From sequence record NC_054903.1: DNA of 64,000 nucleotides; one strand, written 5' to 3'. Made by a program: the position numbers and the translations under genes. The DNA comes from Enterobacteria phage GiZh. The notes below the pieces were generated by a model, which was given only the letters and a program-made list of their open reading frames with translations, was not told the origin of the DNA and searched no databases. Positions 47,332-58,125 of the stretch are shown piece after piece. Positions within the stretch are counted from its first letter, which is position 1. Each line of letters begins with the position of its first letter.

Positions 47332-48291
47332 TCACTTCCACTGCATTTCGCATGCTAATTGAATGAAAAGATATGCTAAATGTAATTCCGTATTAGCCGC
47401 AATTCCATGATACTGGTTATTTTCACCAACAATTTCATACATACGAATAATACTTTGCGGAGTTACGCGTGTATAGATTTCTTCGGCAAGTTTACCAACG
47501 AACCACGAATAATCAGCCGCATATTTTGGTGCTAAAGCTCTGAGTTGTTTAACATCTTTATTTTTGAGAGACTCAAGAACATCATCAATAGCACCACGAT
47601 CGTTAGTAACCAGTGATAAAATACCAGCATCCAAAACACCTTTAGACGAATAACTATCGAGCTCGCCAATAGTTTTACGAAAATCAGGAAAATTCTTTTT
47701 AACCAAAGCTGCTACAACTTTCATATCAGCTATAGCAATTCCTTCATGCTTACAGATTTCAGTCAATCGACGAATCATCTGCTTCATCATTTCAATTTTA
47801 TCTTCATCGGTTGGTTGACCGAACGTAATAACTCGGCAGCGTGACTGAAGTGGTTTAATAATACCATCAATATTGTTAGCAGTAATAATAATACTACAGT
47901 TTGAACTATAAGCTTCCATAAAGGAACGAAGATGTCGCTGAGACTCTGCTAACCCTGAACGGTCAAATTCATCAATAACGATTACTTTTTGACGACCATC
48001 AAATGAAGCTGCACTAGCAAAATTAGTTAAAGGACCACGAACGAAATCAATTTTACAATCTGACCCATTCACAAACATCATATCAGCATTTACATCATGA
48101 CACAATGCTTTTGCTACAGTTGTTTTACCTGTTCCTGGAGAAGGAGAATGAAGAATAATATGTGGAATCTTACCTTTACTTGTAATAGATTTAAAGGTTT
48201 CTTTATCAAAGGCGGGAAGAATACATTCATCGATAGTAGATGGACGATATTTCTGTTCAAGAATGTGTTCTTTTTCATTTACAGTAATCAT
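47332..48291 (-). CDS. 44: clamp loader ATPase gp44
   Basis: 319 aa from ATG with GAGGAAA RBS; Walker A GTGKTT. Confidence 0.85.
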   Translation of the reverse strand: MITVNEKEHILEQKYRPSTIDECILPAFDKETFKSITSKGKIPHIILHSPSPGTGKTTVAKALCHDVNADMMFVNGSDCKIDFVRGPLTNFASAASFDGRQKVIVIDEFDRSGLAESQRHLRSFMEAYSSNCSIIITANNIDGIIKPLQSRCRVITFGQPTDEDKIEMMKQMIRRLTEICKHEGIAIADMKVVAALVKKNFPDFRKTIGELDSYSSKGVLDAGILSLVTNDRGAIDDVLESLKNKDVKQLRALAPKYAADYSWFVGKLAEEIYTRVTPQSIIRMYEIVGENNQYHGIAANTELHLAYLFIQLACEMQWK

Positions 48292-48322
48292 AATTTCCTC
48301 ATTCAAGTTTTAGTGTAAATTA

Positions 48323-48342
48323 TAAAGGGCCGAAGCCCTCTA
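48323..48342 (-). terminator. hairpin (GAGGGCUUCGGCCCUU) after gene 45
   Basis: UUCG-loop hairpin immediately after gene 45 stop. Confidence 0.4.
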
Positions 48343-49029
48343 TTAAAAATCGTGGGTAGAATCAGCTTCAAGAGCTACTACATAATTCGCATGTTCACCT
48401 TCAAATTTAGCAGCACCTTGTTTACCTTTTGCCCAGAGCAGAAGTTTATAATTTCCTGGTTGCATTTTCATATTTGCCATATTGATAATGAAATTAAATG
48501 TATTTTCACCATCATAATCACCAAGAGTCAAAGAATATTTAACACGAGTCAAAGCAGAATCTTCTACTTTATTAAAACCGTTAATTACGATTTTACCTTC
48601 TTTTACCGTGATAGCAATTGTATCAATTTGCAGACCACGAGATACACGCAACAGTTGTTGAAGGTCTTCAGCTTTAATTTCAGTAACAACAGATGCTACC
48701 GGGAATGGAATTGGTTTATTAGGAGCAACTACTGTACTCGGATCGGCTGCTGGCCAAAAAATTGTTGAACGAGCATCAGCAATTTTAATATTTCCATCTT
48801 CTGACTGGGAAATTTCTGCATCATCATTAACTAGAGACAGAATACCAAGAAAACCGTTCAAATCGTAAATCGCTACATCAAAATCAATAGTGTCAGAAAT
48901 ATTTGCTTCTGCATAAGTTGTACCATTAACTGCGCGAGTCATAATAAATTGACCTGATTTAAGCATAATGCCAGAGTTAATAGTAGCGAAATTTTTCAAA
49001 ATATTCAGTGTGTCTTTAGATAATTTCAT
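48343..49029 (-). CDS. 45: sliding clamp gp45
   Basis: 228 aa, same as T4 gp45. Confidence 0.9.
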   Translation of the reverse strand: MKLSKDTLNILKNFATINSGIMLKSGQFIMTRAVNGTTYAEANISDTIDFDVAIYDLNGFLGILSLVNDDAEISQSEDGNIKIADARSTIFWPAADPSTVVAPNKPIPFPVASVVTEIKAEDLQQLLRVSRGLQIDTIAITVKEGKIVINGFNKVEDSALTRVKYSLTLGDYDGENTFNFIINMANMKMQPGNYKLLLWAKGKQGAAKFEGEHANYVVALEADSTHDF

Positions 49030-49913
49030 TTCAATTTCCTATTTACATAATAGTTAGACCAGGACCGTACAGCACCCTGATAAGATTCGTCGTTAAACCC
49101 ATTAGCTACTGCAATTTTACGAAATTTATTATAACTTGGTTTTCCGTAAGCATGCCATAAAGATTTTAATTCATCTTCATGTTCAATCCAAGTTCCTCTA
49201 GCTTTAGATTTTCTAAATTTTGATTTGAATTCCGGTAAATTATTTCTAACAGTTGCTTGAATTGAAGCTCTCTGTCTTCTTTCAGCATTATTCCATAATT
49301 CTTTTTGAGATTTAGAAATTTTTGATCTTACACTTTCTGAATTCATTATATCACTAAACTTTTTAGCATAACTACAATCAAGATATTTCAATTTCATCTT
49401 ATTTGAGAGTTTAAGCTTTTTCTCATCGGTCCAGTGATTCTTCATTGAATTAGATATTTTGTATTTTACTTCAGAACTATGTTTGTAACCTTTACGAATA
49501 CCGACATACTCAGGCGTAATTTCAGATTGCGAAAGCTTTACAATTTTTCCAGTTAAAACATTTTTATATGTTCCATATCCTTTAGCACCAATTAAAGTAT
49601 TTTCATCTGCGTATGCTTTATTAAAATATTTTATATTACTCTTTGCTTTAACTTTTAATTGAAAAAATCTCTCCAATTTTCTTGGATCTAATATAGTTTC
49701 AGCTAAAATTTTGACGGTATATTTAGTGGTTTTAATAAGTTCAAAATATTCATCGCTATAACTCGATGACACGCTTCCAGTATAAATCTTTCCAGCTGAA
49801 TCAATTATATTTGTTCCATCGAAAATTGCGTTAATTTTTGAACCTATATAATAACACGGAAAAATATTTTTAGCTTCCCGCTCTGGAAAGCTAATAAGAT
49901 ATACTAAATTCAT
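49026..49913 (-). mobile_element. putative Seg-like GIY-YIG homing endonuclease gene (295 aa)
   Basis: N-terminal VYLIS...YYIGS (GIY-YIG-like) and repeated basic K/S-rich C-terminal motifs; T4 has no large gene here. Confidence 0.45.
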
Positions 49914-50299
49914 TTATTAAACTCGGCCACAATTGTTTCCGCAACAATTTGTGCAGCAACAATCAGACGTTCATCTGCATTACCGCAATAATCATCTTCA
50001 AGGCGTTCACCACATGAAGTCATAATAAATTTAGCACCGGCGTTTAGGGATTCTGTAGTATGTTTGCGCATTAGTTCAATCCATTTATTACTTACTTCAC
50101 GATCGATAGCTTCATAATACGCATGACGAGCAGGTGCAGATTTAATTTTGTTCTGAATAACTTCCATTGCGTTATCAGAAAGAGACAAAACCCATGCGCG
50201 ACGAATTTTATTTTGGTTTTGTGGATTTGATTCAGAACGCACGTGTTTTGGCTGAATATCTTTTACATCAACAGTATAATTCACAGTAATTTTAGTCAT
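49910..50299 (-). CDS. rpbA: RNA polymerase-binding protein RpbA
   Basis: 129 aa, same as T4 RpbA; position upstream of 45. Confidence 0.7.
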   Translation of the reverse strand: MTKITVNYTVDVKDIQPKHVRSESNPQNQNKIRRAWVLSLSDNAMEVIQNKIKSAPARHAYYEAIDREVSNKWIELMRKHTTESLNAGAKFIMTSCGERLEDDYCGNADERLIVAAQIVAETIVAEFNK

Positions 50300-50308
50300 A
50301 ATACACCT

Positions 50309-50497
50309 TTAGTCATAATAATCAGTAACAGTCCAAGCTTCATTTCTATTGGACATTATTTTTGTATATTCTGCTTTAAATGCATTCCTAAGCATAGATT
50401 CAGTAACTATATGCTCTTCATTAGAAAAATTATTTCTCAGAATATATCGTTTTATTTCAGGAAAAGTTAATAAATGCTGTCCAGTTGAATATTCCAT
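50309..50497 (-). CDS. hypothetical protein (62 aa)
   Basis: ORF. Confidence 0.45.
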   Translation of the reverse strand: MEYSTGQHLLTFPEIKRYILRNNFSNEEHIVTESMLRNAFKAEYTKIMSNRNEAWTVTDYYD

Positions 50498-50552
50498 GTT
50501 TTTCCTCCATAGAGATTATACTCTAATAAATTAAAGCATAATCTCTTATAAA

Positions 50553-52235
50553 TTAAACCATTACAGTAAATCGACCAACTTTCTTCATTTGAAGATGCTG
50601 ACCATATTCTTGCGGGTCATGGTCTTTATGCGAAATTATAAAAACATTAGTGTTTTTCATTGAATTTATAATATTAGCTACACCTTTAATACCTTCGGCA
50701 TCAAATGACCCATCAAACACTTCATCGAGTATTAACGTACTAATACTAACACCAGATACAATAGAAGCAATATCACGCCAAGTAAATAAAAGAGCAATAT
50801 CAATTCGTGCTTTTTCACCTTCACTAAATGAAGCATAACTAAAATCTTCACGACCACGGGATTTAATTGTCTCATTAAATTCTTCATCTAATGTAAACAC
50901 ATAATCCGCTTCCATTATTTTAAGATAATGGTTAATCTGCTTATTAAATAATGGAATGTACTTTTTAATAATAGCACCTTTAATACCAGAATCTTTGAGC
51001 ATATCAGTCAAAATTCCTCGGTGGTATTTTTCCATTACTAAATTAGTTTTTGTCTTAACAATTTTATCAAGTTCTTCTTGAAGCAGTGCTATTTCATCAG
51101 CATGGTCAATAAACTCAGAAGATGCTTTTTCTATAGCTGCTTTAACTTTTTTAGCTTTATCTACCGTCGTGATTAGAGATTGCTTTTTATTGCGAATATC
51201 ATTTGCCAACGACTGCTGGGTTTTAATATTATCTCGGTATTCATCAACAAGAACTTTTAAATTATCACGGTGCGTTGAAAGCTGTTCAAACGAATGCGTA
51301 CATTCAGAAACTTTATCTTTAATTTTAGAAACAACTTTATCGCCGGAACTTAATTGTGACAAACAGGTTGGACATAATCCACCTTCGTGATACATATTAA
51401 TGACTTTATTATACGAGTCAATTTTTGATTTAATTAAAACTGCTTCTTGACCGATTTTATTAAATGCATCAGTCGGGTCTTCATCTAAAACAATATTAAC
51501 TAATCTTTCGTTAGCTTCTTCTATTTCCGATTTTAACGTTCTAGCTTCTTTTGCCAAATCATCATACATATTTTGCAGACGAGTAAGGTTGTCACCAGAC
51601 AATTTTTTCTGGCGTTCAACATTATCATTATATATTTTAATTTGTTGGATAATACTATCTTTTTTAACATCAAGCACTTGGTTTTGTGAATTTAATTCAC
51701 GTATTAGTGCTTTATTAAGCTTATCCATTTCAGCTAATGTTCCTACCTCAAGCAGGTCTTCCACAAGCTTTCTTCGTGCAGGGGTCGACAAACCCATGAA
51801 AGGGGTATACCCTGCTGTACCAAGGACAACAATCTGCTTGAAACTGGCATATGACATTCCGATAAGCTGTTCAAATTCTGCTTGGAAATCTTTACTGCTG
51901 GCAGATTCATTAAGACGTGTACCGTTAACGGTGATTTCGAAAACGTTCGGTTTTTGTCCTCTTTTGATATAGTACTTTTTCTCATCATATTCCATCCACA
52001 ATTCAACTAAAAGTTCTTTCTTATTTGTGCTGTTTATTAATTGACCTTTCTTTACATCACGAAATGGCTTGCCAAAAAGCCCAAATGTGATGGCTTCTAA
52101 CATAGTAGACTTACCACCGCCATTTCGTCCAGTAATAAGAGTTTTTTGAACCTTATCTAATTGAATGTCAATAGGATTTCCACCTACTGACATTATATTT
52201 TGATACCTAACTCGGTTTAGTTTAAAATTCTTCAC
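50553..52235 (-). CDS. 46: recombination endonuclease subunit gp46 (Rad50/SbcC-like)
   Basis: 560 aa, same as T4 gp46; Walker A GRNGGGKST, coiled coil, CPTC zinc hook. Confidence 0.9.
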   Translation of the reverse strand: MKNFKLNRVRYQNIMSVGGNPIDIQLDKVQKTLITGRNGGGKSTMLEAITFGLFGKPFRDVKKGQLINSTNKKELLVELWMEYDEKKYYIKRGQKPNVFEITVNGTRLNESASSKDFQAEFEQLIGMSYASFKQIVVLGTAGYTPFMGLSTPARRKLVEDLLEVGTLAEMDKLNKALIRELNSQNQVLDVKKDSIIQQIKIYNDNVERQKKLSGDNLTRLQNMYDDLAKEARTLKSEIEEANERLVNIVLDEDPTDAFNKIGQEAVLIKSKIDSYNKVINMYHEGGLCPTCLSQLSSGDKVVSKIKDKVSECTHSFEQLSTHRDNLKVLVDEYRDNIKTQQSLANDIRNKKQSLITTVDKAKKVKAAIEKASSEFIDHADEIALLQEELDKIVKTKTNLVMEKYHRGILTDMLKDSGIKGAIIKKYIPLFNKQINHYLKIMEADYVFTLDEEFNETIKSRGREDFSYASFSEGEKARIDIALLFTWRDIASIVSGVSISTLILDEVFDGSFDAEGIKGVANIINSMKNTNVFIISHKDHDPQEYGQHLQMKKVGRFTVMV

Positions 52236-52495
52236 AAAAGATTCCTTTTAATGTATCTTTTAGACCATTCTATCATATCATCATAATCTAAAAAGTATTC
52301 ATCAAATTCAGCCATGCAAACAACACCTTGTGCTGTTTTTGATGTAATATAAATTATTCCAACATATCTAGAATCTTCTTCGGTATAATCAATATTTGCT
52401 ATGAATTCATCATTAATGTCAAATGTCGAAAACTTCACAGTATGCATCCTTAATACAAGATACAGCCATATCTCGTAATGATTTAGGTGTGTCAT
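52232..52495 (-). CDS. hypothetical protein (87 aa)
   Basis: ORF between 47 and 46. Confidence 0.5.
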   Translation of the reverse strand: MTHLNHYEIWLYLVLRMHTVKFSTFDINDEFIANIDYTEEDSRYVGIIYITSKTAQGVVCMAEFDEYFLDYDDMIEWSKRYIKRNLL

Positions 52496-52682
52496 TATCT
52501 AAAATGTTGAAGTTAAAAGATACAGCCCAGTCAGTGCAGACTGTAACCTTTTTAATACAATTATCTTCAACCTCTAGCGGTTCAAACCAATATTCAATAA
52601 TTTCTTTATGTCCAATATCATCTTTTACTTCGCATTCAAAATGCTGACTCATCATAACATTTTTAAATTCATCAAAAGTCAT
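52419..52682 (-). CDS. hypothetical protein (87 aa or shorter)
   Basis: ORF; overlaps previous, true start uncertain. Confidence 0.4.
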   Translation of the reverse strand: MTFDEFKNVMMSQHFECEVKDDIGHKEIIEYWFEPLEVEDNCIKKVTVCTDWAVSFNFNILDNDTPKSLRDMAVSCIKDAYCEVFDI

Positions 52683-53698
52683 TGTGTTGCCTCTACATAT
52701 AGCTGATTTGCATATTGAATAAGTGCTTCGCGATCAGAATCAGTGATGTCTGGAATTGCATTAATGTATTCTTCCATCAATGTCTGAAGAGATTGAACTT
52801 CAACTTCTTCACTGTCATCTGACTCAACAGAGTTATCAATCTTTGACACAACTCGTAATGAATGCACAACTTTTTCTAGTTCAGATTCGAACTTCGTTAG
52901 ATTTTTGTCTACTTCAGTTACTATAACACGTACTGATAGATTTGTAAAATCTTTATAGTCAATTTTTCCTTTAAATGGATAATGAATTCTACGATGCCAT
53001 GTAGTATTGTTTGGAATAAATTCCATTCGTTCTGTTTCTGTATCAAACATCCAGAACCCGCGAGGGTCATTCTCGTCACCTGCAGTTAGTGTCCATGGTG
53101 TCCCAATATATCTGACGTTAGCAGCCTCAGAAATAGTATGGAAGTGACCAGACCACACTTCCTTATAAGTCTTAAGGAAATCAGGTTCAAGACCGTGAGA
53201 TTTCATTCCTTTATAAAAATAAAATCCGTTCAGTTCCCAGTGACCAACACAAAAAGAAGCAGAAGAAGTTTTTATGTGCTCGAGAATTTCACCAGTATTT
53301 TCTTCACACATCCAAGGAATTAAATCAATTAAACATCCGTCAAAATCTACTGTAGTAGGCTTATCATATACTTTAACATTAGGATATTTAGCCAAAAGCT
53401 CAGTAGAGGCATTTGGATGCATTACATTTTTGTAGTGGAGATCGTGATTTCCTACAATAGTATGTAATGTGATTCCAGCATCATCAAGCATTTGAACTAT
53501 TTCACGAGCAAACTCCATAGTTTTATGCGTGATTGCTTTTCGCACATCAAAAATATCACCGTATTGAATCCAGGTAGTAATTCCATTTTTCTTAGAATAT
53601 TCTATCGCTTGTTTAATTCCATCAATTTGAATACCGCGAATCCACTCATCATCAGCTTTAACGCCTAAATGCCAATCACCCAAGTTTAGTATTTTCAT
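52679..53698 (-). CDS. 47: recombination endonuclease subunit gp47 (Mre11/SbcD-like)
   Basis: 339 aa; sequence recognised (MKILNLGDWHLG..). Confidence 0.9.
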   Translation of the reverse strand: MKILNLGDWHLGVKADDEWIRGIQIDGIKQAIEYSKKNGITTWIQYGDIFDVRKAITHKTMEFAREIVQMLDDAGITLHTIVGNHDLHYKNVMHPNASTELLAKYPNVKVYDKPTTVDFDGCLIDLIPWMCEENTGEILEHIKTSSASFCVGHWELNGFYFYKGMKSHGLEPDFLKTYKEVWSGHFHTISEAANVRYIGTPWTLTAGDENDPRGFWMFDTETERMEFIPNNTTWHRRIHYPFKGKIDYKDFTNLSVRVIVTEVDKNLTKFESELEKVVHSLRVVSKIDNSVESDDSEEVEVQSLQTLMEEYINAIPDITDSDREALIQYANQLYVEATQ

Positions 53699-54299
53699 GG
53701 TGTCTTTTCCATCCTAATTTAGCTGCTTTTGAAACCAGTTCTTTAATTTTTCCTTTTGTCCATTCAGGACCAGGAGGTTCATGACATAACATTTGCTTAA
53801 CTCCGTTATTATACCATTTTTTACCTTTATTATGTGATGAAGCTTTAAATTTATTTGACCTTCCTTTTACATAACCTTCTGGAATATAAGGTAAAAATGC
53901 AGATTTTCCTGTTAATGGATCATGTGAATGTATATTTCCTTTACAATTATGAGAACCATATAATGGATGATTTTTTCCTTTAATATCTCTTCCAAATGAA
54001 CCTTTTGGAGCAGCATATGACATATTAAAGAATAATGGATTTTTAACTGCATCATGCAATCGTTGATAATATAACTCGCATTTAATAGCTTCTTCACGCG
54101 TATCAAATTCAGCTAAAATGCATGAATCAAATAAGTGAGGATTATCTGAAAGCTCTTTATTATAAATTTTCTTATACTTTTTAGATAAAACTGAACCATG
54201 ATATCCAGCTAAATGCCTATCTAAAGACGTAGATCCAATATAAAAAGGAGGAAGTTTATCTCCACTATATATTGTTAAATAAGTTATATATTTTTTCAT
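53676..54299 (-). mobile_element. Seg-like GIY-YIG homing endonuclease gene (207 aa)
   Basis: YITYLTIYSG...FYIGSTS...R...E...N pattern; C-terminal KKWYNNG motif; overlaps gene 47 start by 23 nt. Confidence 0.6.
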
Positions 54300-54434
54300 A
54301 TATCAAGAACCGTCATTGAAATGCAAAATAAAATTATTGAAATAAATCCATCTGGCGTGCTAAAGAACCCAATCCAACATGCTCTAGCAAATAGATAAAA
54401 TGCAAGAAAAAGTATCACATATCCAAGAAATATC

Positions 54435-54459
54435 ATTATATCAAACTCCGTATAAAGCT
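54435..54459 (-). promoter_or_regulatory. putative MotA-dependent middle promoter (AGCTTTA-N12-TATAAT)
   Basis: same box, spacing and -10 as the gene 39 upstream element. Confidence 0.4.
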
Positions 54460-54461
54460 AA

Positions 54462-54479
54462 AGGGCCGAAGCCCTTTAT
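54462..54479 (-). terminator. hairpin (AAGGGCUUCGGCCCUU) at the 3' end of a-gt
   Basis: UUCG-loop hairpin overlapping the a-gt stop codon. Confidence 0.4.
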
Positions 54480-55678
54480 TTTGTAATAATGTCAAACTGT
54501 TCTTTAAAGCAGAAGCTTGAATCTTGGTGCTGATACAAAAATTCATATGCTTTTTCTCGCTCACGGTCATAAAGAGCTCGGTCAGATGACAGTTCTTTAA
54601 TACGTTCAAATGTTGATTCCATATCATTTTCATCAAACCAAATGATACCGCTATCATGCGAGGTCAAAGGAGTATTATCAACACGGAATTTTAAATTTTC
54701 GCCAGTAGATTTCCAAAATACCGGAATTGTTCCACATGCACCAAGCTCGAGATGAGTATATTCTAAAGAGCGCTGTAGATATTTTTTATCCAACTTACTC
54801 AACTGATAACCAAAACCGGATTTACTCATACGTTCAAGCATTTCGCTATTTACATAACGGTCAAGAATTTGCGTTGGCAAATTAGGAGCAATTTTAATTT
54901 GGTCTACTTGATGAAGACGATAATACTCGTATGGAATTCCTTTTTCTTTAATAGGAATGAACGCTGGAGAACGTTCCAGACCTTCCATAATAGTACTTAG
55001 TCCTGCAGGTTTAAGATGTTTTTCATGAAAATCAAACATCTGATAAAAACCTTTCCATGTAGTCGTACGACCAATCCAACGGTTGATATTCATGTTAATT
55101 TCAGAAACATCTTTCCAGTAGGTTGATCGAACCTTCGCAATATCCATAGGAGGCTGAAAGTTATATACTGTCGGTGCTTCTTCAATATCATCAAACAGAG
55201 AAACAGTTTCTGGATACCACTCTTTCATCAGAACTTTATTAAAATCACCATTATCAGAATGGCTAAAAATAACATCAGCTCGACGAACAGTTTCTTCTAA
55301 TCCCAAATTTCGACGCAAAGAAAGAGAAGAATGGTCATGCTGATAAACTACAACACGAACAGAAGGTTTAATGTTATCAATAATTTTTTTATAGTTATTA
55401 ATAGTGTCTTCTTCAACCGAAGTAGCAGGAACTGAATTGATAATTAGAATATCACAATCATTTACCAGCTTAAGTGTTTTATCGTATTCTTTTGCCAATA
55501 AAACCGGAATTGAAAATGATTTATAATCATGCGCGCAATTACGAGTAAATGATTTATCTTTAGCATAAACCAAAGTTACTTCATGACCATTTTTAATAAA
55601 CCAATCACGTTGCTCGAGTGAGAATTTTGTTACACCACAACCTTCAAGACCTCGAGCCATAAAAATACATACTTTCAT
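54476..55678 (-). CDS. a-gt: DNA alpha-glucosyltransferase
   Basis: 400 aa; near-identical to T4 alpha-gt as recalled. Confidence 0.9.
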   Translation of the reverse strand: MKVCIFMARGLEGCGVTKFSLEQRDWFIKNGHEVTLVYAKDKSFTRNCAHDYKSFSIPVLLAKEYDKTLKLVNDCDILIINSVPATSVEEDTINNYKKIIDNIKPSVRVVVYQHDHSSLSLRRNLGLEETVRRADVIFSHSDNGDFNKVLMKEWYPETVSLFDDIEEAPTVYNFQPPMDIAKVRSTYWKDVSEINMNINRWIGRTTTWKGFYQMFDFHEKHLKPAGLSTIMEGLERSPAFIPIKEKGIPYEYYRLHQVDQIKIAPNLPTQILDRYVNSEMLERMSKSGFGYQLSKLDKKYLQRSLEYTHLELGACGTIPVFWKSTGENLKFRVDNTPLTSHDSGIIWFDENDMESTFERIKELSSDRALYDREREKAYEFLYQHQDSSFCFKEQFDIITK

Positions 55679-55921
55679 TTAATATCCTCATTGTTTTGGT
55701 TTATTTTACCAAAAATTTATAAAGCAATATAGGAGCCGAAGCTCCTATCCGCATAATACACCGTATAGAGGCTCATTAGAGCTTCTAAATTTTATACGCT
55801 TATATGTTATAGTTCCTTCTGCTTTAGCTTTATCATGAGACTCTTTAAAGCGTCTCATCATTTCCTCTTTAGAGGAACGAATTTTATTATAATCTATTTC
55901 AGAAGTCTGGGTGTTCATCTT

Positions 55922-56128
55922 TCATAGTTGCCACCATTTTTTGACTTGATAGGAATCAACCCACACTTTCATATTAGGGTCTGCTCTTACAATAGGAGGA
56001 TTAACTTCTTTAATTGAACTATCATGGTATTCTTTTTCAGAAATTTTCACACAAAGATGACCATTCAAAGATTCAGTAAATCCTGCATTAATTTTAAGAC
56101 GCTTGAATTTTACGTGTGTAAGCATCAA
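55922..56128 (-). CDS. hypothetical protein (68 aa)
   Basis: ORF. Confidence 0.45.
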   Translation of the reverse strand: MMLTHVKFKRLKINAGFTESLNGHLCVKISEKEYHDSSIKEVNPPIVRADPNMKVWVDSYQVKKWWQL

Positions 56129-56411
56129 TCATATCCTCAATTTGCGATCTAGTAGTCTTCCAAAGAATACTGATGAGTTCATCGTTATATGGCTGTTTTA
56201 GAATATCCCGACTTTTCTTGATAGCATATTCGTATTGAGCAAAATTATTATTTTCAGCTGCGATCTGAGCGTGCTTATAAAGACGATTCAGTTCACGTTT
56301 GTTTTTAGACAATAACTTATTTGCTTTTCTTTCTGCTTCAAGACGGTTCTTTTCTTCAATAGAAGAAATAAGCTTTTCCACTTCATCATTAATTTCGGGT
56401 TTATCAGTCAT
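56094..56411 (-). CDS. hypothetical protein (105 aa)
   Basis: ORF. Confidence 0.5.
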   Translation of the reverse strand: MTDKPEINDEVEKLISSIEEKNRLEAERKANKLLSKNKRELNRLYKHAQIAAENNNFAQYEYAIKKSRDILKQPYNDELISILWKTTRSQIEDMIDAYTRKIQAS

Positions 56412-56412
56412 A

Positions 56413-56631
56413 TTATTTCTCTAATATAAAATAAAAATCATCATCTGTTAAATGATACCTGTAATTTAATTCTACACCATTAGATTTAAAAGCGGTATCA
56501 TACGGATTTTCTGGATCAATATCAATGTCAAGAGCTAAAACTTCCCTGAGATACATTTTAAGCAAATAGGGAATAGCTTCAACTTCAGGTATTTCTTCCA
56601 AGAATCCGGAGAGGTTAATCGTTAGCCTCAT
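56413..56631 (-). CDS. hypothetical protein (72 aa)
   Basis: ORF. Confidence 0.5.
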
Positions 56632-57172
56632 ATAAAAAATCCAAACTAGGAGAATCGTCTACAACACTTTTCTTTTCAGCCCCCGGTGTTCTATAGGTTG
56701 ATTCTTCGTAATGCGTCATTTTATCGTAGATGTCTTGAATAAAAGTTTCATCTACTAACGCAACCATATCGTCGTCACGACTGTCATAGACATTGTGAAC
56801 GAAGTAACTATATTTCTTTGCAACTTCCTTACGTTCTTTTTTAATACGCTGGACGAATGCATTAAAACAAGCTTGAGTTATATACGCATGTGGGTTTTTA
56901 TATTTCGTTTCATCAAAATTATGAAGCCCCTTAATAGAAGCTTCTATACCATCTGCAATCATTTCTTGTTTCCAAGACTGGGTGTATCCTGAAAAGTTGA
57001 AACGTTTAGATAAGCCTTCTGCAATAAGCATAATGGCTAATCCGATAGTATCATTCTGACGAACTACTTTATTTGGGTCTTTATTATTTGCTAATTCTGT
57101 TTTCCAATCAATAATAGCTTGTAAAAGCTCTTTATTGTTTACGTAATTATATTTAGGCTTAGTTTCTGACAT
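56615..57172 (-). CDS. 55: late-transcription sigma factor gp55
   Basis: 185 aa from ATG with AAGAGGTGA RBS; sequence recognised. Confidence 0.9.
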
Positions 57173-57250
57173 TTTCACCTCTTAGCTCAATTCATAGATC
57201 TATTATATCATAATATTTGAAGATCTATCTTAAAGCATAGAGGATATCAG

Positions 57251-57520
57251 TTATCTAAGTAAACAGTATGCTTGGAATACTTTCTCCATCATCTTTTTAA
57301 ATTCATGAATATCTATATAATGACTAGTTAGATCAGCATGATATAAAAAGTCTAAAAACTTTTCATGTGTACTAACATATTCACTTTCATTTAATTCAGA
57401 AACATGGCTTTCCCAATATCCAACACCAGTCTTATTTGGGAAAAATGAAATTTTCATGTATTGGTCAACATAGAAAATGCCATAATTTTCAATAGTAATA
57501 GAAATATTAATAAATTTCAT
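57251..57520 (-). CDS. hypothetical protein (89 aa)
   Basis: ORF. Confidence 0.5.
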   Translation of the reverse strand: MKFINISITIENYGIFYVDQYMKISFFPNKTGVGYWESHVSELNESEYVSTHEKFLDFLYHADLTSHYIDIHEFKKMMEKVFQAYCLLR

Positions 57521-57732
57521 ACATTCATCAACTTAGCCGCTCCAAGAGCTGCATCTAGTGAATCAAATTGGTCAACATATTCAATCAATTCGCCGTAATT
57601 GGCATATAACCACCATTGGCTAAATTCATACTCAAGGATGAATCCATTTCCTTCAATTTGAGTTAAACCATTGCCGTTTGTATTTACTTCATATCCGGCA
57701 AGACGCAAATCGTTAATAAGAGCTTCGTTCAT
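57517..57732 (-). CDS. hypothetical protein (71 aa)
   Basis: ORF. Confidence 0.5.
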   Translation of the reverse strand: MNEALINDLRLAGYEVNTNGNGLTQIEGNGFILEYEFSQWWLYANYGELIEYVDQFDSLDAALGAAKLMNV

Positions 57733-57734
57733 AA

Positions 57735-58061
57735 TTATACCTTAGTAATTTTCAGGTCTGCAAATTTTTTCTTGCGTTGATTTTTCATGCGACGAATAGT
57801 TTTATCGGAAATTTCATGCTTTTGATAAGCTTTAGATTCTACACCAAAAGCTTTAACATCAAATTCTGACAAGATATATTGAACCAACAATTCACGGACA
57901 GTATTGCGTCCAATCTTCTGATCATTCTGTTTCATCATTTGATGAAGCTCTTTTTCCCATTTATCCAAAATTTGAGGAGTTACAATATCGCCTTTTTCTA
58001 GCAAAGAAACTACTTTATCATATGCGTAAGAATTGATGGCGTTTTTAATTTGAATAGTCAT
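57735..58061 (-). CDS. hypothetical protein (108 aa)
   Basis: ORF. Confidence 0.5.
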   Translation of the reverse strand: MTIQIKNAINSYAYDKVVSLLEKGDIVTPQILDKWEKELHQMMKQNDQKIGRNTVRELLVQYILSEFDVKAFGVESKAYQKHEISDKTIRRMKNQRKKKFADLKITKV

Positions 58062-58100
58062 ACATTATCCTCAATTGCATTAAAATTTTATTATCCAAAA

Positions 58101-58125
58101 AGGGCCGAAGCCCTTAGCTAAACTT
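58101..58125 (-). terminator. hairpin (AAGGGCUUCGGCCCUUU)
   Basis: UUCG-loop hairpin, U-run on - strand. Confidence 0.45.

Noticed and set aside
54296-54657. Small membrane-like ORF 54296..54436 and 73-aa ORF 54436..54657
   Set aside because: The 73-aa ORF overlaps the a-gt 3' end. The 46-aa ORF starts upstream of the predicted middle-promoter transcription start, so its expression is doubtful.
55679-55921. Possible ORF in the a-gt upstream gap
   Set aside because: Translation from the only ATG hits a stop after 24 codons; the region is more likely a terminator hairpin (55727-55748) plus promoter space.
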